Positions 34,995 to 46,712 of a stretch of 64,000 bases of DNA are shown here, piece after piece; within the stretch, counting starts at the first letter, position 1, and every line of letters begins with the position of its first letter. A program made the translations under genes and the position numbers. The DNA lies in NCBI GenBank assembly GCA_001643675.2, contig LSRY02000017.1, positions 1,178,001-1,242,000 of the forward strand. The letters are read 5' to 3'. The stretch comes from Monocercomonoides exilis PA203. Lineage: Eukaryota; Protista; Preaxostyla. The notes below the pieces were generated by a model. The model was given only the letters and a program-made list of their open reading frames with translations, ran no database searches and had not been told where the DNA came from.

Positions 34995-35387
34995 AAGCGC
35001 AGACTTCGGAACTTATTTGCATCTTATATTTTGTAAAAGAGTTATATTTTTGTTTTCAAATAATAGACAAATCCACAAACAGATTGGACATTTTTTTATA
35101 ATTTTTATAACGAAAAATAGGAAAAAGCAAAAGGAAACAAGCAAAAAGGGGTATAAAAATGCAATTTAACAGAAAAAGCAAATAAATTTCAAACATAAAA
35201 CTGCGAAAACACGAAAAAATTGAATTTCATAAATTCATTGAACATATCAAACAAACTTCACAATGAGGTTAAAACAAAACAAAACAAAACAAAATATTAT
35301 TTGAAATGGCATAATTACTTCAACGAAAAACAAAAATAAACCCAATTTAGAAATGATTAAAAAGCCTCTCTGAAAAGCACGTTATAA

Positions 35388-36215
35388 TTATGAATTGATT
35401 GGTTGAGATGAATGGTCATCAATTATTGTTTGGTCCTTCCAGCCGCTATCATTCATTACAGATAATTGTTGTAAAATTTCTTCACTTTTTTCCCATTCAT
35501 TTTCGCTCACTTGTAGTCTCCATTGTAAAACTTCCAGCATACAAAGCTCAGATTCGTTTATCCGATTTAAATCAACATGAAACAACGAGCTCCAAAAAGA
35601 ATTTTTCAAGCAACGGTCATTTTGAATTTTTGACGCAAGCAATAATCCAGTTACAACAATCATCGCAGCATTGCTCCAACTGATATCTATAAACGCCTTT
35701 TTCCCGTCATTTAAACATATTCTGTTAAGAAATATCAAGAACATTCTGAACTCTGCTTTACTCAAATGTATACGCTCGATGATTCTACATAAAATGAAAG
35801 AAATGCATGACTTTAGCTCTTCAACTTTTGAGATGTCTTTGTTCTCTTCTGGAATCCAAAAAGGAAAAGAGTGAGCCGAAGAATTTTCTTCAAATATATC
35901 CGATCCCAGGAAAGGAATGCTTTGTTCAGGAAGATGATTTGATGTTGGAAGATGTAGAAGTGAAGTGTTTTTTAAATCATATTTACTTTGCCTTTTTTTC
36001 CATTCTGAGAAAACAATTGAACGCGCAAAGTATGCTGAAAATGGAATCACTTCAGCGGTTGTTAGAGCATCAAATTGGAAAATTGGCTTAAGGATTGCCA
36101 TTTTCAGAGAATTACGTTTAAATGAGCACTTCAAAGAGTCTACTTGTTTTATCGAGTACTCCTGAAGAGAAAATTCATTTTGCTGTTGCGAATTCAAGCA
36201 CTGTATAAATTCCAT
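35388..36215 (-). CDS. PHO80/Pcl (cyclin P/U/Y-like) family cyclin
   Basis: LIFLNRI...ISWSN...VVTGLLLASK..ND....NSFW......L..INESEL..L..LQWRL.VS is the PHO80-type cyclin box. Confidence 0.8.
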   Translation of the reverse strand: MEFIQCLNSQQQNEFSLQEYSIKQVDSLKCSFKRNSLKMAILKPIFQFDALTTAEVIPFSAYFARSIVFSEWKKRQSKYDLKNTSLLHLPTSNHLPEQSIPFLGSDIFEENSSAHSFPFWIPEENKDISKVEELKSCISFILCRIIERIHLSKAEFRMFLIFLNRICLNDGKKAFIDISWSNAAMIVVTGLLLASKIQNDRCLKNSFWSSLFHVDLNRINESELCMLEVLQWRLQVSENEWEKSEEILQQLSVMNDSGWKDQTIIDDHSSQPINS

Positions 36216-36420
36216 TTAATATGAACTTTTTATTGTGAAAGAAAGTTAATCTTTAAAAAGCGAGAATAATTTATTATATAATTGAGAGCCAAAATATTAT
36301 GTTATGGGTAGACATTTTGGTTTTTTATAAATTCAACAAGACAAAATATAATTTGTGTAATACACTCTTATCAGTTGATTTTCTTCAAAAAATTAAACAA
36401 ATGATAAAAAATAAAAATAA

Positions 36421-37650
36421 TTACTCAGAAGATTTGCTGTTTGAGCTTTCCGGGTAAACTGCATCTCTATCATTTCCATTTTCATCGACATATGGTGTAA
36501 TCAATGAAGTTTTTGGAAGCACAGCCATCATAATTTTGAGCAAGATATTCCTGTCAAAAATTTTAGCAAGAATGCGAAGGCCGAATGGCATCAATCCAGA
36601 ATCGCATTCAACGAAGCGCCCAAGCGAAGATAGTGCTCTGCTCGCAACAGCATCAGGATGCTGACCGTTCGTTGCTGTTTTATCAAAATAAACAAACGAT
36701 TTCATTTTAAAAAGCAACACCAATAAGAAGAAAAAAGAATCAAACGAGCAGGCAATTTAATATCTGTGGGTGGTGCATCAATATGAAAGCGTGTGGCAAC
36801 TCCTCCAGGAACGACTGTAACGACATCAATGCCAATAACTGTAGGAGAAAAAAAGCAAAAAAATTAAAACGAATTTTGGAATAATTCATTCTGATAAACC
36901 TTTTGCCTCTAAAGAAAGACACTCAGCAAAATGTTGTTGATATGCTTTAGCAGCCGAATAACTTGCAACAAAAGGTGCAGTGAACACTGCATTTGCGGAA
37001 GATGTTATCAATACACCCCCACGGAATTTTGAATTATTTTGTTTTGGCCTCTTTGCTAATTGAGGGTACAATGCATTAAAAAGATGTTGATGCGTGACAA
37101 TGTTCAAATGAAATAGATCAAGACTCTTTGCGTTTGGTCTTGACATTCGCTCTGGAACTCCAGAACCAGCATTCAATGCAATGAAGCTGATGTCTAATCC
37201 CTCAATTTGTTGCAGCACAGCTTGTGTTGTGACAACTGGATCTGCTGACAAATCTGCGAACACTGACTTGACTTGAATATCTTTAAATCTATTTATTTAA
37301 ATAACTTAAGGTTGGAACTTTTTGTCAAATTGTTCAAACTTTGTTTGAATTTCATGAACTGTATTTTCCATCTTTTCACCAGCTCTTCCAACAATTATCA
37401 AATTCATTCCCTAAGAGACTCTACATAAAGCATTTTAAATACAAACAAGAAGTCAAACTTGTTTGGCTAATTTGAATGCAAGAGATCTTCCAATACCAGA
37501 GGAACCTCCAGTTATAAATGCCCAAGATTTTCCGTAGCGCTTTTTGAGGTTTTGTTCCGGTAATATTGAAATCATTATTTGAGGTATAATGTACGATAAC
37601 AACGAAAACAGGAACAAAAATCCACAAAGATAAAAAATGAATCCAATCAT
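36421..37650 (-). CDS. Short-chain dehydrogenase/reductase, 3-ketoacyl-CoA reductase (KCR/HSD17B12)-like, multi-exon
   Basis: N-terminal TM, NLKKRYGKSWAFITGGSSGIG (TGxxxGxG), LNAG, catalytic YSAAK. Confidence 0.85.
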
Positions 37651-37704
37651 TGAAAGATAAAAAAGTTACGGGAACGATGGATATATAATATATTTTCATG
37701 ATTA

Positions 37705-40661
37705 ATGGCTGCGACTATTATGGATGCGGAAATACAAAAATGCATTCATAATAAATTAGTGAAAGCGTCTCAGCATGCTCTATGCCAGATTTTTGTCTTT
37801 CTTTTGTGCATTGTGACTGTTCTCCTTTTTTGGATGCTTTTATCATTAAATGAACAATTTTTGAAGCATCCAAAGAAAGAGTATTTTAATAGAGAATTTT
37901 TTCAATTATTGAAATATGGAGATTTTGATTTATTGCAAATCGAAGTCATTGGATCATATGGTCTTTTGACAAATATTCCACAGGATAGAACTTTATCATC
38001 AATTGTTTGTTTTTTTTTTTGTAGTAAACAATTTTTTATTGCTCTATGAATTTATTGATGTTCATGTTCTATTTTTTCAAAACATATTTTCAGATGAGGC
38101 ATTCTCTTCGAACTCTTACAGGAAGTGAGATCACAATTGATTTTATAAATTCATTAATTGACGCATACTCACCTCGATATTCAAATACATTTTATTATTC
38201 AAAATCACAAAGTGCTATGGATTATTGGCTTCAATTTTCTTATCTGACACGAGCCCAATTTATACCAATTTCAACAACTGAATTGATAGAAAGAGGAATG
38301 AAATTTGAGCAAGAGCTTCATTGGATTGCTTCCAAAGAAAATCCTAAAAGCCAATATAGTGATATTATTCGTCCCCCATACAAGCAACCTGCACCAAGAT
38401 CTGAAAACAGAAATTTCGATGAACATTCTTCGAACGCTCAGCAGTTTCAACAGAGAAATAGAAATTCGATTTTTGGAAAAAAGTCGATCATTGCCCAAAT
38501 ACCTATTTTTGAAAAGCCCATCGCAGCATTTTTTGTTCTTTTAAATGAACTTCAAAATGCTTTTTTATATAAGCCTGTTAGTAATTCCGAATCCGAAGCA
38601 ACAAAAGAAGTGCTTAAATCTGGCGAATCTCCAGAAAATGTGATTCCAAGCAAAGAAAACAGCAAAAATGATGAGAAAATTAAAGTTCAAGAACCAAAAA
38701 GCATCACAGAAATTGCATATGAAGGAAACGATATGTCATCGTTTATAATGGGAGCTTTCAATGTATGCTCTCCATCTCTTCCGTTTCACAGGCCGTTTAC
38801 TGTTGTTGTCTGCCGAGTGGTTCTGCCATCCATTTTTTGCCAGTCTCCATCGCCGCTTGCGTCTGTTATCGCAGAGGAAGTTGGGCATTCGGGGATTTTG
38901 AAGTTCAAAGCTGCGGTGGTGGAGCATGGAAATCTAATTTTTCCAAAGGATAGTGATGGAAAGAACCACAGCAGCTGGCATTCAGACAATTATTTGGAGT
39001 TGCTAGTTGAAAGAGAGAGACTTAAAAGTGAAATAGCTGATCTTTCTGCGAGTGTCAAAGAAAGAAATGCAATTCAAAAGGAAATGAACAATAATGACAA
39101 AATTAATTCTTCAAATATCGAAAATGAGCAAAAGAGTTTGTCGCATGACAACTCTTCCAAAACTGGTGATGGTTCAAATGCTATGAAAGATGATATTAAT
39201 TCTTCTGAAAAAGCCGCCCATTTGAAGAGGCTCGAAGAAAGACTTGATGAAAACGAGATGTTGCTTACGATGCAGCTGCCCATAGCAATGCAGAAGAATC
39301 CGACAACAGCAAAGCATGTCAGCGAATTCTTGTTGAAATACACGGACAACCAAGGCGACCGGCTTCCTGGTGTGGGCATTCTCTCAAAACTTATATCGTT
39401 CATCGTCTCAGACAAGACAGAGCAAAAAAAATATGCCTCAACAATCATGCAGTTCATCTATGCTTTCGTCAAAGTGTTTTTGATTCGTTTTTCTCTGCCG
39501 CTTGCTGCATGGCTGGTGCTGCGTGTCATCCAGCGTTTTGCTCTGACTCGCCATCTTTTTGGCGCAATCACCCAGAACAACAACCAAACTATGCTGTGGC
39601 GGTTTCTGAATGTTGTGTTTGTTGAAGAGGAGCAGTCGTTGATACTCACGTCAATTTGCAATGGAATAATTCTGATGCTGCTTGTGATCTTGGCAATCAT
39701 TTCTGATGATTTCTTGTCTGTTTCTTCTCCTCTCTCTCGCACATCACCGATGAAGACGGAGTTAGACACTTCATCTCCTTTCTCGCCTTCATCATCCTCT
39801 TCTTCTTCTGCACGTATTAGCACAAAAACACATAAAACTGCACGCACTGCTAAAGTCACTTTTCATGCATTCAGTAAATTTGATGGAGTTATCCTTGTGA
39901 TAGTTCCTTTGTTTGAATTCTGTGCGTTGTTTGTGTTTTACAGCAACAACTCGCTGAGGCTATGGACGATCGCTTCCTTTTTCATTTTGCTTCTCGAAGA
40001 GTTCATCCGATTCCGTTCTCCTGCAATTTTCGGGACTTTCCATAACTGTGTCACATTTCTTGCGCTGCTTTCAGCCTTGCTACTTATTCTTTGTGGGATT
40101 GAAGGTTTGGAATGGAAGATGAGGCACAGAAGAAGAGCTGGAGAACATAACGACGGTGGAGCACATCATCATGCACATCCTGTTCATAACGCACACGATG
40201 AAGTGGATGAGCAGCCCCCTCAAATGCCAATTGCGGCAGATGATGGCAATGATGCTGATGAGAATGGGGTAGTGCACCAATTCTGGTTGCATGAGGAGAA
40301 CAACCAAGTGGAGCAAGCGGAGGAGGAAGAGGAGGAAGAGGAGGAAGAACATATTCAAGAATATATTGCTGAAGCAGTTGTGGCAGTTTATCAGGATGAA
40401 TCGCACATTGCATTGTTGGATGAAGAAGGAAGAGACGAGGAAGAGACAAACGATGAAGACAGTCCAGTAATGAGAAGGCGCAGCCAAAGGGCTTTGGCTG
40501 ATGAAAGAAGGAATGATTCAACTGATAATTCTGATAGTTTGCCAATCCGTTCAGATGATTCTGATGAAGAGAGTTCTGAGGTTGGAACTTTTGCACGAGA
40601 ACTTCCTTATCCTTCGGAAGAAGACACTTCATCTTTTTCTCCTCAACAACCTGAATCATGA
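37705..40661 (+). CDS. Multi-pass membrane protein, possibly membralin (TMEM259)-like
   Basis: Exon 1 37705-38004, intron to 38093. N-terminal TM, then FTVVVCRVVLP..FCQSPSPLASVIAEEVGHSGIL (recalls membralin CFG..FS..LL.EFLGYDDIL), several TMs and an acidic tail. The gene is well supported; its identity is tentative. Confidence 0.45.
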
Positions 40662-41308
40662 TTCTCATTCTTTTTCTTTGAAAATACAAAGTTTTTTGAG
40701 TTTTATTGGGATTAATTCAGAAATTTGTTCATGTTTTTTTCATTTTGTAAAAATGCGTTCGCTTTTTTGGTTGATTGGTTAAATCATGTTTTAAAATGAA
40801 TGTGATATTTGTTTTCGCACTTGATGAAAAAAATAAGTTTTTTTTATTTTTTCTTTTTGAAATTGTTTCATCCATCTTTGTATTTTAATAAGCAAATACA
40901 TTAAGAGATTGTAAACAATCAATGACAACATACAACTTTTAAAATGAGTATAAACAATTGTAATAATAAAGATATTAATAAGAGAAAAGAAATATCAAAA
41001 AAATTCGTTATTTGTAAAAAACAGCTACATACATACAAGTGGACGAATATCAAAACGAAAAACACACATGAAAGGTCAAAAAGATAAAAAGAGTTGCATA
41101 ATGAGCATCTTTCCAAGACTTAGAATGAATTAAGACTTTCAAAATAACTTGTCAAAATAATAGAATAAACTTTGAAATGTTTGAATTTCTCTAATGCAAA
41201 ATTACGAGCACTTAATATGTAAAAAATAATGATTATCCAATCTTTAAGCAATCACCATCAATTTCACCATTTCACACACAAACACAGCAGAAAGCATAGA
41301 AATAAATT

Positions 41309-44300
41309 TCAATTGCGAGAAACAGATCTCTTCCCTTTGCTCAGATCCAACGGGGTGGGACTTTTTCTCCACGGTGCTGCTTTGTTCGCACGCTGCAGTT
41401 GAGGCGAATGCGACAAAGCAGAATTTGAAGATGTGCCTCGCTGTTTTTTCTGCAATTGTTGTTGTTGTTGTTGTTGCTGAGTTCCCGTCTTCATTTTCTT
41501 CTTCTTTGGAGATGTTTCATCTGCTGGATGATGCAAAGATTCTTGTTGTTGCTGAGGCAAAGATCCTTCAATTTCATTAGAATTTTGATCGGACTGAATT
41601 AAAGAAGAAGGCGATGATTGGTCTGATGTGTTTTTGACAAGAGAATTCTGTTTCTCTTCAAATTGACGCGGTGTCATCTCACACTCCATCAAGTTCGTTT
41701 GATACGGATTGCTTTCGCTTTCCACAACTGTTTCTGATTCTGACAGCTGTGACAGCGACGAAAGAGAAGAACTGAGATTTGAAGGGGTTGCTGGCGAGTG
41801 AAGCACAACCGAAGGCTTCGATGGTGAATTTGACAGGGAAGACGTGGAACTTGTGCGGCGTAGGCGCGAAAATGAATTGTGGCGGACGAGTGAAAGGCCG
41901 CTGTGCTTCTGCTGCGTTGCTGCACCTGAACCTCCATTCCGGCTGGGTGCATTGAAGCTGCCTCGGCGGGAGAGGTGGGAGCGCGCAGTGGAGGCGGGAG
42001 AGTCCTGAGAAGAGAAAGAGTTGAGTGAAGAAGACGAGTCCGTACGCCGGATGTGCGAAAGCAGGGCCGGTGCTACTTCGAAGCTCGAGGCATCGCGATT
42101 CACTTGCATTTCAAGCACTTTTTGTGTGCTGACAAGCTCGCTCAGCATTGTGGATAGTTCCTGTTGTGAAAGGGATGATTCATTGAAATGGTTAACAAGA
42201 GAAAGAGGGTGCGTTGAAAAAAGAATTAGCAGAATCGATGAAATGTATATTTCACAATAAAAATTAAGATACTGAAAAATAAAAGAGAGAAAAAATGAAC
42301 CTTCAATTTAATATCCTTTACGCTTTCGCGGCTTGCCATCATTTCTGCAACGAAGTTTTTTATGAATCCTCTACTGATTGTGCTCACACATTGCTCACAT
42401 TGAGGATTCCCATCGAGCAAATTTTTCTTAAAAAAGAAAAATAAAGAAATAGTTAATTTTTCAATAAGACAGAAAATTCAATGAGAAATCAAAATAAATA
42501 ATCTATCCAATAACCAACAACTATCAATTAATAAACTCACATCAATCACCTTTCCTCAACACATACGCAACACACACACAATGCATACCAGTGCGCATTT
42601 CTTGCAGACGGTGTGCCCACAGGGAATGAATGTAACAGGCTCAGTGAATATCTGGAAGCACGAGTGGCAGCACACATCAACAGACAGCGCCTCGTTAATC
42701 GTCTTCACCTCTTCAATCACCTTCTGTAGGTACCCAACCTGCTGCGAAATATCCGAAACCGTCTTTTGGATCGCCTTGTTCGCTTTTTCCTCCTTCATCC
42801 GCAGCTGTGCCATTCGGAACTCAAACTCCTCTCTGCTGAACTCGTGTGGATTGGCTGCATTTGCACCATCTGCCTCATCTCCTTCTTTCCCAAACAGGAG
42901 CTCTTCTTCTGTCTGCGTCTCGTCCTCTGATGTGAGCGGCCGCACTGCCAGCATCGCCTCCAGCAGTGTCCTCCTCTTCATCTCCTCCTCCATTCGCTCC
43001 GCTTCTGTCAGCTGCAGCTCTCCACGCGACAGCTGCGTCGCTGCATCTACAAGCTCCGGCACAAAAACCACCGGCTCTGGGTCAGTCTGCGTCATCATCT
43101 CAATTAGCCTGCCGTCTGTGTCAAATGCCTGGATGCACTCAGACCTCAGAGATTCCAAATATTCCTTCCGCCTCTTTTCTTCCTCTGCTTTCCTGCGGGC
43201 CTCTTCTCTCTGCCTCTCCTTGTCCCGCTCCAACTTGCTCTGCCGCTTCAGAATCCGCGCCCGTTCGCGCTCTTTTACCATGTTCTGCTCCAACTCGCTT
43301 TCCCTCTCTCTTTCCAGTTTATCTACAAGTTCATCAAGCAATGCCAAGTCTGTCTGCCCGCAAAAGTCATCGCACATCGGCTTTTCCGGCAGAAGATTGC
43401 AGGCGCTTGTGGCGCGTGAGTGCAGCGACAAAACTGGCTGCTCCATTTCCCGTTCAATAATGTGCTCTTCTTCCTCTTCTTCTGTCTGTGTGTCTGCGTC
43501 TGCCTGTGCCACGTTGAAAGCCTCCAGCTGGTTGAGCAGATATTCATTCTCCATCCGCAGCGATGCCTCTTCCTCTTCGCTGCTTTGCTGTTGCTTGACA
43601 AGCTCCTTTGTGAGCTCATTGTACTTCTCCTGCAATTGCTCCAGTTGTGTGTTGAGCTGCTTGTTCTGTGTCCCTTTTGACTTAACCTCCAAATATCTCC
43701 TTGTGAGGAGCTCATGCTTCGCCTGGTAGAACTTCTCGACTTCCCTCACTCGCTCGTCGCTCTTCTTCTGAAGCTCCTTCTCTCTCTCCCTCATCTTCGA
43801 GTTGATGCCAGCCAGCTTGTCCTTCAAGAACAGCGTCAGCTGGTGCACATACGCATCCATCATCTTCTTACAGTCGCTGACAAGTATCACATCCGTCGCC
43901 ATCAGCAGGTTCTTCTCCTCCAACTCGGCAATCTTCACCCGCAGCTGCTCCCACAACTCCGACTCGTCAATCACCCACGGTGTTGGTGCATTTGACAGCG
44001 AGCTGGTTGAAGAAGAAGCAGAAGATGTGGAAGAGGCGAGAGTGGCGGTGGATCGGGATGTGCTGTGTTGTCTGGTGGTTGATGAAAGTGACTGAGGTTG
44101 AGACTGGGACTGAGACCGGGACAATGAATGAGACAGTTGCGTGGTGTTGTTTGCTGATGACGTTGAATTTGTTGTGTTTGTTTGATTGAAACTTCGACTT
44201 TTGATTTTTGTTTCATCTATTGGAATGTTATCTGCATTCTCTTCCTCAGCAATTGTATCATCTTCTCTTTGGGCATTTTGTTGAGAAGGAAAGAATTCTT

Positions 44301-46328
44301 CTTGCGAACCAGCTCTATTGCTGCTCTCCTTCCTATCACTTGAGTCCTTCATCAGCGCTTTTTGCATTTCTCTAATGTTTTGTGAAGAAAGGGACGATGC
44401 AAATTCAGCAGCCAGCGACATCGGACGCTCAAAGTGGATGGGAAAAGCAGCAGCTGGCGTGACAGTCGGTGAAAGTGTGGTGGGAGAAGTGACAGTTGAA
44501 CAAGGGAGCGAAACTGGGGTGGATGCAGAGAGCGATGTGAGTGACTGCGACAGCGACATCGGGTGCACGTGGAGGGCAGAGGCGGACGAGCCCAGCGGCG
44601 CAGGTGCGTCTGAAGTGGGCGTCATGGAAAAGAAAAGATGGGTAGAAGAGGAGGACATTGTGGGTGAGAGCGGTTGACTGGCGAGGGGGGGATAGCGAGA
44701 GACTGTGTCTGATATAAACAGGCCAGATGCTGTCTGCTTGTGGACGCTCCGAAGCGAAGGGTTCCGCTGCAGTGTTTCAGAAGAGGCAGAAGGAATAAGA
44801 CCCGAAGAAGCCTCTTGTGACTGATGAGATCGGGTTGATGCGGAGTCTGCTGGAGGTCTGAGAGGAGAAAATGAAGACAGTGCAGAAGACGACACAGACT
44901 GCCGAAGTGGAGCAGTGGGGCGCAAAGGCGAGGTCAGCCGTGTGAAAGAATGCGGAGACGGAGAAGAAGGTGTTGGAGATGTAGACATTGACAGTCGATT
45001 TGATCTGGACAGCTGGCGCGTAGCTGCTTCTCCGTCGATATGCGTGGCTTTGAGGTAGTCTTTGAGTTCTCTGGCGTCTTGCTCATTCAAAGCATTCGCG
45101 CTGCATCTTCCGCTCTGCCCTTCCCAATCTTTAGACGTGCTTCTCACTTCCTCTGTGCTTAGCTTATCTGATTCTTCTGGTTCATTCGTGCAGTTGCTGT
45201 CTGCAGTGTCTATTGAACAGGAGTTAGGGCTACGCCATGGTGAGTTGCTTTGGTCTTTATCTTTCGGCTTGTTCCAAAACAGCGCTGTGGCTGAAGGCAC
45301 AGAAGATTCTTGCCTCAGAGACGCAGCGTAGCGGATGCGGCGCTCTTCTGCGCGCCAGTTCCGATCGTCCATGCTCGTGTGAGGGCGGCAGAAGAGGGAA
45401 GGTGAAAGTGTTGGAGACAGGGAAGATGTGGATTCAATGCAACGGCGGAGAGGAGGTGGTGGGGAAGATGGAATTGAAGGTGGGGTCGAATAGATAACTG
45501 GTGTTTGAAAAGGGAATAATAAGTTTTGGGACATTGAATTTTCCTTCAAATTATCAGTGAAAGTGTGTTTGGATGAAAAGTTTCTTTGTTGTGGAGAAAT
45601 CGATCGGGAAGGAATAAAATTACTCGAAGGCATATCCTCTTCATCTTGCAACTGTGCATTTTTCGATCGTAATGTTAGGCTTCTCTTTTTTTGATTTTCA
45701 GAATTACCTGACTCTCCAGAAACAACCAACGAATTACTAAGAATAGAAGCTTTTTCTTTTGTCCGTTTGAACATATTTTTTCCCATTGATGATTGTGTGC
45801 TTGATGAGGAAAGAGAATGTCGCATACCATTAGCAGAGAAGTTGTCATAATTAAGAGATGATTGAGCGTCAAATTGTTTTGAGTATAATGTCTCAACAGG
45901 ACCTCTAAGAAATGATGTTCGAGGTGCTGGTGATGGATTTGGCGAAAGTGCTGGAGGAAAACCTCTTGGAATAGATGGTAAAGGTTTGTCATAATGATCG
46001 TTCTCGACTGCAGCAAAAGAACTTGAATAGCCTTCTGTCACAAGAGGAACATGAAATGAATGTTTTCCGCCTGCAAGAAATGGTCTATGCTCTGCAGAGA
46101 ATGAATTGTGTAAGCTAAATAATTCGTAAGCAATATTTTCGATGATTATTCGTAAATCAAATTGTATAACATGTTAAAAAAAGAATAAGCAAACTGTGAA
46201 GTTCGAAGAAAAGAAGATGTATTGGGTCTTTCTGGAAGAGATGGGAATTGTACAGACGATTTTTCATCCACTGCATATTTTTCCAATAATTTTAGCTTGT
46301 CTTTTAACAAAAAGAGTTCATTTTTCAT
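41309..46328 (-). CDS. Ser-rich, coiled-coil protein with a C-terminal RING-HC finger (putative E3 ligase), multi-exon
   Basis: 1161-aa core ORF ending CHSCFQIFTEPVTFIPCGHTVCKKC, continued by an exon with CEQC (~42390-42400) and a last exon ending at 41309. First exon from 46328. Confidence 0.8.
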
Positions 46329-46534
46329 GAATTTGTTGAGGAAAGAAACTAATTATGGGTAATAAATGAAACTTCAAATTTGTTTGTTGATTTGTAAATA
46401 GGTTTCAGTTGTTTATTGAGAAATTGTAGCAATAGTTTTATGAACTTTTTTGTATGAAAAAAAGAACTTTTAATGTTAATAAAATGCCAATCATTTTGTT
46501 TAATAAATCTTCAAGCAATAATAAAGATTTAATC

Positions 46535-46590
<56 letters not shown>
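46535..46590. repeat. Interrupted poly(A) tract
   Basis: Two A-runs of about 27 nt separated by 'tat'. Confidence 0.95.
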
Positions 46591-46595
<5 letters not shown>

Positions 46596-46712
46596 ATATT
46601 TAATCTTTTCAAAAAAAGAGTATACACAAGCAAGTTTTAACTTTGACATGTTCTTTGAAAAGCTCAACAATTTCTCAAAAAAATTTTTTATAAAAAAAAA
46701 ATAAAATTGAAT

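Noticed and set aside
42581-43729. Long antisense and alternate-frame ORFs over real genes (e.g. the 382-aa ORF here, 9264-9971, 47971-48663)
   Set aside because: Shadow ORFs produced by GC-rich, low-complexity codon usage on the opposite strand.
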